IMG/VR virus record: IMGVR_UViG_2718217885_000001
Length of the DNA: 34,427 bases
From: a virus
Lineage: Duplodnaviria > Heunggongvirae > Uroviricota > Caudoviricetes
Reading direction: 5' to 3' (one strand)
The stretch's first letter is position 1. Each line of letters begins with the position of its first letter. Position numbers and translations under genes: made by a program. The notes under the pieces were generated by a model that had not been told where the DNA came from, searched no databases, and was given only the letters and a program-made list of their open reading frames with translations. Positions 26,254 to 34,427 of this stretch are shown piece after piece.

Positions 26254-29070
26254 TCAATCTTTATCGTAAAAACTGCCACGTCCGGCACGGGCGCGCCGTT
26301 CCATCTCTGCCCTGACCATTTCACCGACCAGTTTCGCCAGTTCGCGGGGATTCTGCGTAACAACGTTATGCAGATGAACATGAATTTCACCGCAAAATCC
26401 GGAGACAGCAGGCTCCCGGTTACGGGAAGTTGCAGGAACTGATGCCACTGGCGATCGTATAGCCTCCGCCACCGGGCGGGAGCTGGCCGCAACAACAGGG
26501 ACCAGCGCCGGAGGCAGCGGAGCCGGGACCACGGGTGTGATGTTGATTGCGGAAGCAGGCTTACTGACCTGTGCAATCTTCCGCTCCTGCCACTCCCCAC
26601 GAACAGCAAGTGCGCGGGGCAGGTTCTTAAAGACAATATCGCCGGGGCCAATGCGTTTTTTCGTCTCATCAACCAGCTTACCTGTGTTATCAGCAATTTT
26701 GCTGAGTCTGCGCAGCGTACCGGTATTGCTGTCTGTGAGCGGTTTATTGTCTTTGGGGTTATCACCTCCGGTGCCATTGCCATTTTCCACAGGCTTCGGC
26801 GGATTGATTTTCGCCAGGTCCCCCTGAAGCAAGGCAACCTTGTCCTGAAGAATGGCCGCACGCTGTGCGTCTTCGATTTTCTTGCGCGCCCTTTCCGCTT
26901 CATCCGGAAGAACACCGAGTTTTTCAAGTATCCACGCCAGCGTATCCAGCAACATTTTTGCAGGCGTCAGAACAAGCTGTAACGCGCCACCAAGAACGTT
27001 ACCGAATATCTCGCCAGCACTGGTACATTTATCCAGCGTTTCCTTGCTGGACTCCATCGGTGACAGCAGCGATTTAAACCAGTTAAACACCTGACTGATC
27101 CCGCTTCCGATTGCGTCAAAAACAGGGCCAAACCGTTCAAAGGTTTCACGCAACGGGTTCAGCCTTTCCATAATCCCGCTGAACACCCCGGCAAAAAATG
27201 CCCTGATGGGATCCCAGTATTTCCAGATAAGAACGGCAGCTCCGGCGAGCGCAGCCACAATAAGACCAACCGGACTGAACAGCGCCCCGATAGCGCCTCC
27301 CAGCAAAGAAACGGAACCCGTCAGCATTCCCCACAGCGCAGGCAACACCCTGACGACATTCATTGACCGGGTAAGAATGTCAAAACCAAGACGCAAGGTG
27401 GCCAGCTTTCCGTAAAGCACCCCAATAACCAGCGACAACGAGCCAATCGTTGCAGTCATTGCCAGCAACGCACCGCCTGCTATCAGTAGCTGGCGTGTCA
27501 GTACCGGATGGGCCTGCGCCAGCGAGGTGATTTTTTCAAGCACACGCGTGAGCCACTGCGTGACAGAACGCAGCGGACCGTCAACCAGATCACTGATGCG
27601 AATACGAAGACCTTCCCATGCGCTGTCGAGATTTTTCAGGTCCCCATCAAGATTATCGGCCATTACTTTTGCAACGCGATCGGCCTCTCCCCTTGCCCCC
27701 TGCAATTCTCTGGTCAGTTTTTGCAGCTCTCCTGAACCAGCCGCCGCAACAAGCGTCTGCAAACCAACGAACGCCTCTTCTCCGGCGATGTCCTTGAAGA
27801 AGGAGACCTGGTCCACCTGTCCGTATTTTTGTGTCGCCTTATAGAGATCAAGCAGCACATCCTCCATCGGGCGCATTTTGCCTCTGGCGTCAGCAACTGA
27901 CACCCCCAGCTCTTTCAGTGCATCAGCCGCAGCTTTTGGCGGTGATGCAAGGCGGGACAGACTTGCGCGCATGGCCGTGCCAGCATCGCTTCCGCGAAGA
28001 CCATTATTGGCAAGCATCCCGGCCATGGCCGCCGCTTCTTCAAGACTGATACCAAGTTTTGCGGCAACCGGACCGGTATACTTCATGGTTTCGCCCAGCG
28101 CGCGTAAATCAGTATTGGTCCGGGTGAATGCTGCTGTCAGCGTATCGCCCACCCGGTCCATTTGATCGGCTGTCAGGTTGAACTGTGTGAGGATATTGGA
28201 GCCTATATCAGCCGTCTCGCCGAGTTCGACGCCACCTGCCAGCGCCATATTAAGAACACCGGGCAATGCGGCCTGAATGGCCTGCGGAGTAAAACCAGCC
28301 ATTGCCAGAAAGCTCTGCCCACTGGCGGCATCACTCGCAGTAAACTGTGTTTCAGAGCCAAGTTTTAACGCCTGCTCACGCAGCGCCTTAAACTGCGGGC
28401 TGTTTTTGTCGATTCGCGTCAGTGCCTGAACGCGGGACATCTCTTTGCCGAACCCGATCGCAGGCTGCAAAAAACGCCCGGCAGCATAGCCGCCCGCCGC
28501 TGCCGCACCAATTGCCAGCGCACCACCTGTTTTCAGTTTTCCCGCGGTTTCCTGCGCGCGCGAATACCGCTCACGCGCCCGCGTTACACGCGCAAGCGCC
28601 TGCCGTTCGCGTTCAAGCTGGTTGTTGTACTGTTCGGTGCGTCTGATGGCCTGCTGGATGGTGTTATCGCTGCCTGTCAGGGAAATGCCGTGGCGTTTCA
28701 GCTCTCCGCCAAGCTCCCGCATTTTCTGAATTTCCCGTGTGCGCGATTCATTCAGGCGTTCAAGCCGGGTGCTTAACTGCTGCATCAGCTTTTGTTGTTT
28801 TTCGCTGAGCACTGTACCCGTGCGTTGTAACTGATTAAGGGCGTTAAGCTGGCGTCGTGCTTTCACGATACCCGCATCCGCTTTACTGACAGCGTCGCGG
28901 GCGCGCTCAAATGATCGCGCCTGACGCTCGAGATTTTTGATCGCCCCCTGCGTTCGCTGGATGGAGTCACCAAACTGCCCCATCAGGCGGCGGGCGTTTT
29001 CGGCAGGCCGGGTCAGCCTGTCAACGGCGCTGAAAGCGACCCGGATATCAAGAGTCTTCATTGTCTGCAT
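26254..29070 (-). CDS. T: Tail tape measure protein (P2 gpT-like)
   Basis: About 940 aa, coiled-coil rich N-terminus and Gly/Ala-rich hydrophobic middle; start uncertain (ATG 29070 or 29061, or GTG 29097); overlaps the end of E'. Confidence 0.85.
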   Translation of the reverse strand: MQTMKTLDIRVAFSAVDRLTRPAENARRLMGQFGDSIQRTQGAIKNLERQARSFERARDAVSKADAGIVKARRQLNALNQLQRTGTVLSEKQQKLMQQLSTRLERLNESRTREIQKMRELGGELKRHGISLTGSDNTIQQAIRRTEQYNNQLERERQALARVTRARERYSRAQETAGKLKTGGALAIGAAAAGGYAAGRFLQPAIGFGKEMSRVQALTRIDKNSPQFKALREQALKLGSETQFTASDAASGQSFLAMAGFTPQAIQAALPGVLNMALAGGVELGETADIGSNILTQFNLTADQMDRVGDTLTAAFTRTNTDLRALGETMKYTGPVAAKLGISLEEAAAMAGMLANNGLRGSDAGTAMRASLSRLASPPKAAADALKELGVSVADARGKMRPMEDVLLDLYKATQKYGQVDQVSFFKDIAGEEAFVGLQTLVAAAGSGELQKLTRELQGARGEADRVAKVMADNLDGDLKNLDSAWEGLRIRISDLVDGPLRSVTQWLTRVLEKITSLAQAHPVLTRQLLIAGGALLAMTATIGSLSLVIGVLYGKLATLRLGFDILTRSMNVVRVLPALWGMLTGSVSLLGGAIGALFSPVGLIVAALAGAAVLIWKYWDPIRAFFAGVFSGIMERLNPLRETFERFGPVFDAIGSGISQVFNWFKSLLSPMESSKETLDKCTSAGEIFGNVLGGALQLVLTPAKMLLDTLAWILEKLGVLPDEAERARKKIEDAQRAAILQDKVALLQGDLAKINPPKPVENGNGTGGDNPKDNKPLTDSNTGTLRRLSKIADNTGKLVDETKKRIGPGDIVFKNLPRALAVRGEWQERKIAQVSKPASAINITPVVPAPLPPALVPVVAASSRPVAEAIRSPVASVPATSRNREPAVSGFCGEIHVHLHNVVTQNPRELAKLVGEMVRAEMERRARAGRGSFYDKD

Positions 29071-29577
29071 TCCCGCTGCGAAGTGCCGCCCGCTCACGCC
29101 AGCTAACCACTTCGCCGGGCGTCATCATGAAGATTTCGGCGGGCGACCAGTTAAAAATGGCGGCAATATCCGCCACAAAGTCTTCTATGTGCTCAAAGCA
29201 CACAACCGTGATCAGGCTTCCGTCGCCTGTTCGTTCTTCCCGCCAGAGTCCGCACCGCTCAAAAAATTTACGGCAACCACACATAACTGAATAAAGTCAC
29301 GGGATGCCATTTTTTTGATCGTCACTTCATCCAGTCGCGGTGATGTCACGCGTGACAGCAGCGTAAACATGGATTCCGCTTTCAGATTCAGCACATCAGA
29401 CAGCGACAAATCTCGCAGAGATCCAGCCTGCTCAATAGCCCCGGTGATCTCCACATACGTGATTTTTTCGCCGCCTCGCTCAATTGGTTGGGTAAGTTTT
29501 ACGCCACGCTCACTGGTTTCTTTCACAGTGTCAGTAACTACCGTGTTTTCGGTATCGATGTTTTTCGTCTCTTTCAT
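29048..29577 (-). CDS. Tail assembly chaperone E+E' fusion made by programmed -1 ribosomal frameshift
   Basis: -1 frame stays open from the slippery site down to 29048, overlapping the T start, as in P2 E/E'. Confidence 0.6.
29212..29577 (-). CDS. E: Tail assembly chaperone E (in-frame product)
   Basis: 121-aa ORF between the tube and tape measure genes; slippery heptamer near its 3' end. Confidence 0.75.
   Translation of the reverse strand: MKETKNIDTENTVVTDTVKETSERGVKLTQPIERGGEKITYVEITGAIEQAGSLRDLSLSDVLNLKAESMFTLLSRVTSPRLDEVTIKKMASRDFIQLCVVAVNFLSGADSGGKNEQATEA
29260..29266 (-). other. Slippery heptamer T TTT TTG for the -1 frameshift in E
   Basis: Minus-strand gta aat ttt ttg agc (E frame) versus cgt aaa ttt ttt gag (E' frame); same heptamer as the P2 E/E' site. 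Confidence 0.6.
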
Positions 29578-29631
29578 CAGGAAACTCCTTTCAGTCAGAG
29601 GCGACGCACTGCGCCGCCTGCATATTACTTA

Positions 29632-30144
29632 TCAGCCAAGCCCAAGCGCGGAACGGATGCGATCGGGCACAATGTCCTTGCCGTCCTTCCGGTAAATGAA
29701 GTTCAGCAGGTCAATCTCCCACAACGGGCGATCGTTAACACTCAGCTTGTAGTAGGTGTTTTTAATGGCGTAAGTGTGTGATGTGGCTTCGCCCTGTTTG
29801 GCTTCCCCCATATCAATTTCCGTCACACGTCCGCGCATTTCGACTTCATACAGGTCGCTTTCTGCATCGGTGTAGTATTCACCCGCAAAACGCAGCAGCG
29901 TGCCGTCAATCGTGCCGCCATACTTAAGGAACAGCTCACGAACTGCGCCCCCCATGACAAAGCTCGCATCAAGCGCGGAGTCGTCCAGACCGAGATCAAT
30001 ACTTACCGCACCCATCATGCCGCCCCCCCGGTAGCTGTCGGTTTTGCGCGTCAGCTTAGGCAGAGTGACGGACGTCACCTTACCCACTTCGTTTTCACCA
30101 TCCACAAACAGCGTAAAAAAGCGAAGATGTTTTGGTACAGCCAT
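29632..30144 (-). CDS. FII: Tail tube protein (P2 gpFII-like)
   Basis: 170 aa; immediately downstream of the sheath gene. Confidence 0.85.
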   Translation of the reverse strand: MAVPKHLRFFTLFVDGENEVGKVTSVTLPKLTRKTDSYRGGGMMGAVSIDLGLDDSALDASFVMGGAVRELFLKYGGTIDGTLLRFAGEYYTDAESDLYEVEMRGRVTEIDMGEAKQGEATSHTYAIKNTYYKLSVNDRPLWEIDLLNFIYRKDGKDIVPDRIRSALGLG

Positions 30145-31328
30145 CAGGCACCTCCCAGCACCGCAAATGCGGGACCAAAGAATTCATCAGTAAACGACTG
30201 GTAAAGCTCCATGTCTTCCAGCGGGGGAACAGGCGTATATTTGTAGCGAATACGCACGCGCCCCTGACGTAAATCCGTGGTGCCGTTATCCACCACGTCA
30301 TACCAGCACGACGCCCCAATCAGTTTCCCGGCAGTAACCAGTGAATCCAGTTTTGCCCTGATGGCACTGATAACATCTTTCACGTTCGCAGGCGTCAGTG
30401 GACTGTCGATGGTTTCAAACTGCGCTTCCGCAATTGAATCAGCCAGCACCTGTGCGGTTCGGGTATACACCTCAAAGATGTAGGCGTTCGTTTCCGGTGT
30501 GCGGTTGCCCCAGAAGCGGAACCCGTTGCGACGAATAATGGTCGTGATTTCTTTGTTGTTGAGGCTGTTGGCATCACTGTCTTCGGCCTGCAACGACCAG
30601 AACACATGCCTGGACATCCCCAGCACATTTTTAACCGGAACGTTGGACAGCGATTTGTGCCAGCCCTGCTCATGGTCAATGTACGCACGAAGGCCGCACG
30701 CATAGGCAGGCGCGGGGAACGTTTCGTTTTTGCCACTTTTCGGGTTGTAGGCGATGAAGTCCGGCCATAAGAGCATCACCTCACGTTCGTTGAATTTCTG
30801 GCGGTAGGTAATCGCCTCAGCCATCGTGTTACAGCCGTGACATGAGGCATACACAAACGCGCGCAGTTTACCCGCAATCACGCACAGGGATTTTGTTACC
30901 GCCTCCGTGTCCAGCTCCGGCGCGGCCAGAATACGCGGACGGTATCCGATGCTTTCATCCTGCTCTGCAACAAGCAGCGCATACATCCCCGTATAGCTGC
31001 CGTCATCCTCAGAACCACCGATAACCAGTTGATCCTGCGTCTTTCCGTCTTCTTCTTTGTGTTCAGCCACGCGAACGACGATCACCTTTGTGCTCACCTG
31101 GTCTGCGATGGCCTTAAGCGCACGATAAAGCGTCCCCGTTGTCCCGCATTTTCCCAGCACGTCATTGACGCGGGTCAGCAGTGTGGGCTTGTTCAGCGGG
31201 AACAGCTTCGCGTCCGCATCATCCGCCGTTGCCACGATACCGATAACGCTGGAATCAACATCGTTAATCGCTGTTACCAGGTCGGTATTTTCCGTAACAC
31301 GGGCACCATGAAAACGAGTTTCACTCAT
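30144..31328 (-). CDS. FI: Contractile tail sheath protein (P2 gpFI-like)
   Basis: 394 aa; aagggg RBS; first gene of the minus-strand tail operon. Confidence 0.85.
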   Translation of the reverse strand: MSETRFHGARVTENTDLVTAINDVDSSVIGIVATADDADAKLFPLNKPTLLTRVNDVLGKCGTTGTLYRALKAIADQVSTKVIVVRVAEHKEEDGKTQDQLVIGGSEDDGSYTGMYALLVAEQDESIGYRPRILAAPELDTEAVTKSLCVIAGKLRAFVYASCHGCNTMAEAITYRQKFNEREVMLLWPDFIAYNPKSGKNETFPAPAYACGLRAYIDHEQGWHKSLSNVPVKNVLGMSRHVFWSLQAEDSDANSLNNKEITTIIRRNGFRFWGNRTPETNAYIFEVYTRTAQVLADSIAEAQFETIDSPLTPANVKDVISAIRAKLDSLVTAGKLIGASCWYDVVDNGTTDLRQGRVRIRYKYTPVPPLEDMELYQSFTDEFFGPAFAVLGGA

Positions 31329-31485
31329 AGCTTCAGCCCCTTGTATCCGTTAAATGATTCGGCAACAATCATCACCCACCACGCGCGTAATCTCACCCCT
31401 GCGCTATTCTCCCGCCACGGCGACAACAAAAAGCAGTAACCCACTCCGCACACACATGCGACCATGCCGCACAGGGAGGGAACAG
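31329..31485. promoter_or_regulatory. Divergent promoter region between the sheath operon (leftward) and D (rightward)
   Basis: 157-bp noncoding spacer between divergent starts; has no counterpart in canonical P2, where FI...U-D are co-linear. Confidence 0.4.
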
Positions 31486-32595
31486 ATGACCGACACCACC
31501 ATGCAATTGCTCAGTCAGGGCACAGACCCCGTGAAAATGCCGGATTTTGATATTCTCGCGGAGGGTAAAACGCTGTCCGGCGTGGCAGAGCGCCTGATGA
31601 GCCTGTCGCTGACCGACAACCGGGGATTTGAGGCGGACCAGCTCACCATCACGCTGGATGATGCCGATGGCCAGTTGCAGCTACCGCCACGGGGCGCGCG
31701 TCTGACGGTTCTCATTGGCTGGAAAGGGGAACCGCTGACAGAAAAAGGCACTTACATTGTTGATGAAATCGCTCACGAAGGACCGCCGGACAGGCTGACT
31801 GTTTCAGCCAGAAGCGCAGATTTTCGGGATGAATTTAACGTTAAACGTGAGGTGTCCTGGCATGATGTGACCGTTGAGCGTGTGGTATCCGCCATCGCTC
31901 ATCGGTACGGTCTGAAACCGCAAATCAGCGAAATGCTGATGGATATCGAAATCGACCACGCCGACCAGACCGAAGAAAGCGACATGTCCTTCCTTACGCG
32001 CATGGCGGAAATGCTGGGCGCAATCACCACGGTAAAAAGCGGTAATCTGTTATTCATCATGCCCGGAGGTGGCGTGAACGCGCAGGGCCAGCCGTTGCCA
32101 TCGTTTGCCATCACACGCAGCAGCGGCGATCGCCATCAGTTCCGCATTGCTGACCGCGAGGCGTATACGGGTGTACGCGCCTACTGGCTTGATCTTAATT
32201 ACGGGAAAAAGAAAAAAGTCAGCGTGAAACGCCGCAAACCGCCAAAACCCAAAAAGGAGAAAAGCAGCAGCCGCGAAGGTGACTATATGGAAGGTGCGGA
32301 AGGCAACGTATTTGTGTTACGCAAGACTTATCAGAACGAGCAGGCAGCAAGACGCGCAGCGGCGGCAAAGTGGCAGCAGCTACAACGCGGAGCCGCATCA
32401 TTTTCCATCACGCTGGCACGTGGACGCGCAGAACTCTACCCCGAAATGCATGGCACGGTAACAGGATTTAAAAGCGAGATTGATAATCAGGACTGGATTA
32501 TTGCAAAAGCCGAGCACACCATTGATAACAGCGGCTTTACCACGCAGCTTGAGCTTGAGGCAAAAATCCCGGAATGGATAGCGGAAACAGACTGA
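31486..32595 (+). CDS. D: Tail protein D (late-gene product, P2 gpD-like)
   Basis: ATG at 31486 with gggaggg RBS; about 369 aa; followed by the ogr-like gene. Confidence 0.75.
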   Translation: MTDTTMQLLSQGTDPVKMPDFDILAEGKTLSGVAERLMSLSLTDNRGFEADQLTITLDDADGQLQLPPRGARLTVLIGWKGEPLTEKGTYIVDEIAHEGPPDRLTVSARSADFRDEFNVKREVSWHDVTVERVVSAIAHRYGLKPQISEMLMDIEIDHADQTEESDMSFLTRMAEMLGAITTVKSGNLLFIMPGGGVNAQGQPLPSFAITRSSGDRHQFRIADREAYTGVRAYWLDLNYGKKKKVSVKRRKPPKPKKEKSSSREGDYMEGAEGNVFVLRKTYQNEQAARRAAAAKWQQLQRGAASFSITLARGRAELYPEMHGTVTGFKSEIDNQDWIIAKAEHTIDNSGFTTQLELEAKIPEWIAETD

Positions 32596-32637
32596 GCAAC
32601 TTAGAATAGCGGCAGCACCACGTTAAGGGAGGTCGCT

Positions 32638-32898
32638 ATGTTCCGTTGTCCGCTTTGTGGCGCATCTGCCCGTATCCGCACCAGTCGTCCGGAAAATGAT
32701 TCAAACACCGTGCGGCAAAAGTATTACCAGTGTAACAACCTGGAATGCGGCGTATGCTTCTCAACACTGGAAGCCTTCCATAAATTCACATCAAAACACG
32801 CCTCCGGCGTTCACTCTTCAGAAGGTATCCCGTGGCATGAGCTGCCAGCTTCACACAGGGGAAACAATCAGATGAGTTTGCCTTTATCTCAGAATTAA
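32638..32898 (+). CDS. ogr: Ogr/Delta-type zinc-finger late transcription activator
   Basis: N-terminus MFRCPLCGASARIRTSR...YYQCNNLECGVCF, C-x2-C...C-x4-C like P2 Ogr (MFHCPLC...YHQCQNVNC); gggagg RBS. Confidence 0.8.
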   Translation: MFRCPLCGASARIRTSRPENDSNTVRQKYYQCNNLECGVCFSTLEAFHKFTSKHASGVHSSEGIPWHELPASHRGNNQMSLPLSQN

Positions 32899-33315
32899 CA
32901 GGCAGAATTGCCGGAGTAACAAAAAAGCGATAGATTACGCGCGGGTGCCTTTCGGCTGATGGTCGGAGGGAATACCCGAAGGCCAGATGTGGAAAGGCCC
33001 GGAAAACATTTTTGTTTAACCGAGGCCCTAACACTTCTTACCTTCGCAAGTAGAAGGTTAGCGCCTCTCCTCTCAGGAGACAAGCGTTATGACGCAAATT
33101 CCGTTAAAAACCCTGTTACTTTGCATAACTGCGGTAGCGATAATCTGGATCCTCCACACATCACCGTGCGAGTTACGATTCAGGTTTGCTGGCACGGAAA
33201 TTGCGGCATTCTTACTATGTAATAAGTAAGATAACCGCGACGGGGGAGTAATCCCCCGTCAATCGGTTGCTAAGGTTGGTCGAAACGGCACCCTATCTCA
33301 CAGACATGAACAACA

Positions 33316-33349
33316 AACCCGCAGCGTAAAAACTGCGGGTTTTCTTTTT
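33316..33349 (+). terminator. Strong rho-independent terminator
   Basis: aaacccgcag-cgtaaaaa-ctgcgggttt followed by tctttttg. Confidence 0.75.
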
Positions 33350-33396
33350 GCTACCCTCACAAATGAGGGCAGCATCCATAAGCAATAGGCATAACA

Positions 33397-33431
33397 GATC
33401 GATGCAATAAATCCGATCGATAAAAACGATC
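33397..33431. promoter_or_regulatory. Cluster of three GATC (Dam) sites inside ATCGAT palindromes, just upstream of a -10-like element and the com-like gene
   Basis: GATC at 33397-33400, 33415-33418, 33428-33431; then ttgttatcat. Confidence 0.5.
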
Positions 33432-33478
33432 GATTTGTTATCATATCGGCAGCAGTAACCACACAAGAGGTGCCGCAA

Positions 33479-33676
33479 ATGACGCAAAATGTACGATGCA
33501 AAAATTGCAACAAACTACTTGCCCGCGCCTCATTTCACTACATTGAAATAAAATGTCCGCGCTGCAAAACACTTAACCAGATAACGAGAGCCATCGAGCA
33601 CCCCACACACATGAGGAGTTATGACCGTGGGGATCGCAATCCAGCACCAACCAGCACATACACCGGAACACACTAA
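33479..33676 (+). CDS. com: Com-like zinc-finger translational activator (Mu Com family)
   Basis: MTQNVRCKNCNKLLARASFHYIEIKCPRCKTLNQ...EHPT resembles recalled Mu Com (RCKNCNKLL...HIEIRCPRCK...EHPT); ATG at 33479 with aagagg RBS; 3' end overlaps the next gene. Confidence 0.75.
   Translation: MTQNVRCKNCNKLLARASFHYIEIKCPRCKTLNQITRAIEHPTHMRSYDRGDRNPAPTSTYTGTH
33601..33632 (+). promoter_or_regulatory. Hairpin enclosing the methyltransferase RBS and start codon (candidate Com-responsive translational operator)
   Basis: ccccac (33601-33606) pairs with gtgggg (33627-33632); loop holds GAGGAG and the ATG at 33621. Confidence 0.45.
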
Positions 33677-34427
33677 GGTTTATCAGACTGACAATGCCAC
33701 GCTCTGTCGTGGGAATGCGCTGGAAATATTGCCGCTGATTGAGCCAGAAAGCATTGATGCCTTAATCACTGACCCGCCTTACAGTTCGGGCGCGACACAC
33801 AAGGCCGGACGCACCAACCAGGGCAGCCATGCAAAATATCTGAACGGTGAGAACCTTCACCGCTTTGATGGGTTCGCGGGTGAAAACATGGACGCCCGTT
33901 CGTGGGCTTACTGGACACAATTATGGATGGCACAGGCACACCGCGCAGTCAGGCCGGGCGGTTATGCCCTGGTATTTACTGACTGGCGACAACTACCAGC
34001 TTTAACCGATGCGTTTCAGGCCAGTGGCTTTACATGGCGCGGCATCATTGCGTGGAACAAGGGGAGGGGGTCACGAACACCACATACCGGGTATTTCCGG
34101 CATCAGTGCGAATACATCGTCTGGGGCAGCAAAGGCCATTTAGATAAATCGCCTTCGGGACCGTTCGACGGCTGCATGACGTTCCCGGTTATTTCGTCAA
34201 AGAAAATGCACCCGACCGGAAAACCAGAAGAACTAATGGCGGAACTGGTCAGGACTGTGAATAGTGGCGGAACAGTCCTTGATCCTTTTATGGGGTCAGG
34301 GACAACGGGTGTGGCTGCACTGAAAGCAGGGCGAAAATTTATTGGTATAGAAACCAGCGATCATTATTTTGAGGTAGCAGCGCAGCGGCTTCGGGGGACT
34401 ATTACCACAACCATTTCGGCTACATAA
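33621..34427 (+). CDS. DNA methyltransferase, beta-class (DPPY before FxGSGTT), probably N6-adenine
   Basis: Motif IV ITDPPYS upstream of motif I DPFMGSGTTGVAA; start overlaps the com-like gene; GTG at 33627 is an alternative start. Confidence 0.8.
   Translation: MTVGIAIQHQPAHTPEHTKVYQTDNATLCRGNALEILPLIEPESIDALITDPPYSSGATHKAGRTNQGSHAKYLNGENLHRFDGFAGENMDARSWAYWTQLWMAQAHRAVRPGGYALVFTDWRQLPALTDAFQASGFTWRGIIAWNKGRGSRTPHTGYFRHQCEYIVWGSKGHLDKSPSGPFDGCMTFPVISSKKMHPTGKPEELMAELVRTVNSGGTVLDPFMGSGTTGVAALKAGRKFIGIETSDHYFEVAAQRLRGTITTTISAT

Larger units (their letters stand above)
1..34427. mobile_element. P2-like (Peduovirus-type) prophage, nearly complete: integrase to ogr, plus a right-end com/methyltransferase module
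   Basis: Gene order and protein resemblance to P2 int-C-cox...A...Q-P/O-N-M-L-X-Y...R-S-V-W-J-I-H-G...FI-FII-E-T-U-D-ogr; window begins at the integrase stop codon and ends at the methyltransferase stop codon, so att sites are probably outside or at the edge. Confidence 0.9.

Noticed and set aside
26238-26927. 229-aa minus-strand ORF in a second frame within the tape measure gene
   Set aside because: Alternate-frame shadow; the tape measure reading frame is continuous and much longer.
25716-31485. hix/gix-like crossover sites flanking the inverted tail-gene block, which would imply invertase-driven macro-inversion
   Set aside because: Searched both boundaries for TTnTCnnAAACC half-sites and found only a terminator palindrome at 25717-25745 and nothing in 31329-31485.
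32959-33222. 87-aa ORF between ogr and the com-like gene
   Set aside because: No RBS, and it overlaps multiple strong hairpins; the region reads as structured noncoding DNA.
1-34427. CRISPR arrays, rRNA or tRNA genes, and insertion-sequence transposases
   Set aside because: No regularly spaced direct repeats with unique spacers, no rRNA or tRNA-like sequences and no transposase-like ORFs; the only recombinases are the integrase and the invertase.

Overview
The window is almost entirely one P2-like (Peduovirus-type) temperate myovirus prophage of an enterobacterial host, read here from the protein translations and motifs alone (no database search was possible). Order: tyrosine integrase and C-type repressor (minus), cox-like gene and a string of small early genes, a rolling-circle replication initiator (gpA-like, HUH and Y-x3-Y motifs), an accessory cassette in the position where P2 carries tin/old, then portal Q and terminase P (minus), the O-N-M-L-X head genes, a lysis cassette (holin, GH108-type endolysin, overlapping spanins), tail completion and baseplate genes R-S-V-W-J-I, tail fiber H with a chaperone, an invertible tail-fiber segment with a Gin/Pin-family invertase, the sheath/tube/chaperone/tape-measure/U block (on the minus strand, i.e. 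inverted relative to P2), D, an ogr-like zinc finger, and finally a Mu com-like zinc finger overlapping a DPPY DNA methyltransferase. The most unusual content is (1) the accessory cassette between gpA and the portal: an actin-like ParM/StbA homologue, a ParR-like small protein, two copies of a 20-bp palindrome upstream, and a small protein whose C-terminus strongly resembles the ClpX N-terminal zinc-binding domain, translationally coupled to an unknown 135-aa protein; and (2) the com-like/methyltransferase module with three clustered GATC sites and a hairpin over the methyltransferase start, paralleling Mu com-mom control. attL/attR and the cos site could not be pinned down from sequence alone.
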